NCBI RefSeq assembly: GCF_001194135.2
Contig: NC_068990.1
Span: 56,207,524-56,271,523, forward strand
DNA length: 64,000 nucleotides
Source: Octopus bimaculoides
Taxonomy: Eukaryota
Direction: 5' to 3'
The notes under the pieces are model-generated. The model saw nothing but the letters and a program-made list of their open reading frames with translations, was not told where the DNA came from and did no database searches. The position numbers were made by a program, and so were the translations under genes. Below are positions 63,906 to 64,000 of this stretch, one piece after another. Each line of letters opens with the position of its first letter. Positions within the stretch are counted from its first letter, which is position 1.

Positions 63906-64000
63906 ATACAAGATGGTAATCTTTTATCTTTTACTTATTTCAGTCACTAGACTGCGGCCATGCTGTGGCACCACCTTCAATTTTTCTAAAATTTTAGTCG

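Overview
AT-rich, repeat-dense eukaryotic draft-assembly window with many N gaps, most of them at (TA)n/(TG)n tracts. The SINE families look like those of octopus (cephalopod); this comes from my recollection of the motifs, not from a database search. No complete host gene is recognisable, and almost all listed ORFs are microsatellite or gap artefacts. The sequence is a palimpsest of mobile DNA. Retroelements: roughly 40-45 copies of one ~210-bp tRNA-derived SINE, three or four other SINE families, and remnants of RTE, CR1, R4/Dong, Penelope and a zinc-knuckle LINE. DNA transposons: Tc1 (D35E spacing), a DD41D mariner, an internally deleted Chapaev3-like element, a Helentron-type HINE and several MITE/foldback elements. 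The most unusual structure is a 610-bp foldback element (57359-57968; 37-bp perfect TIRs, 8-bp TSD) whose centre is a (TAACCC)8-TA-(GGGTTA)5 telomere-repeat palindrome. Other notable items are a SINE-bounded 188-bp duplication 13 kb apart, a SINE-interrupted foldback with ~27-bp subrepeats, a chimeric SINE with its own TSD, and a tentative phase-compatible chain of minus-strand exons that may belong to a large host gene. SINE and degenerate-element coordinates are approximate (about +/-10-30 bp).
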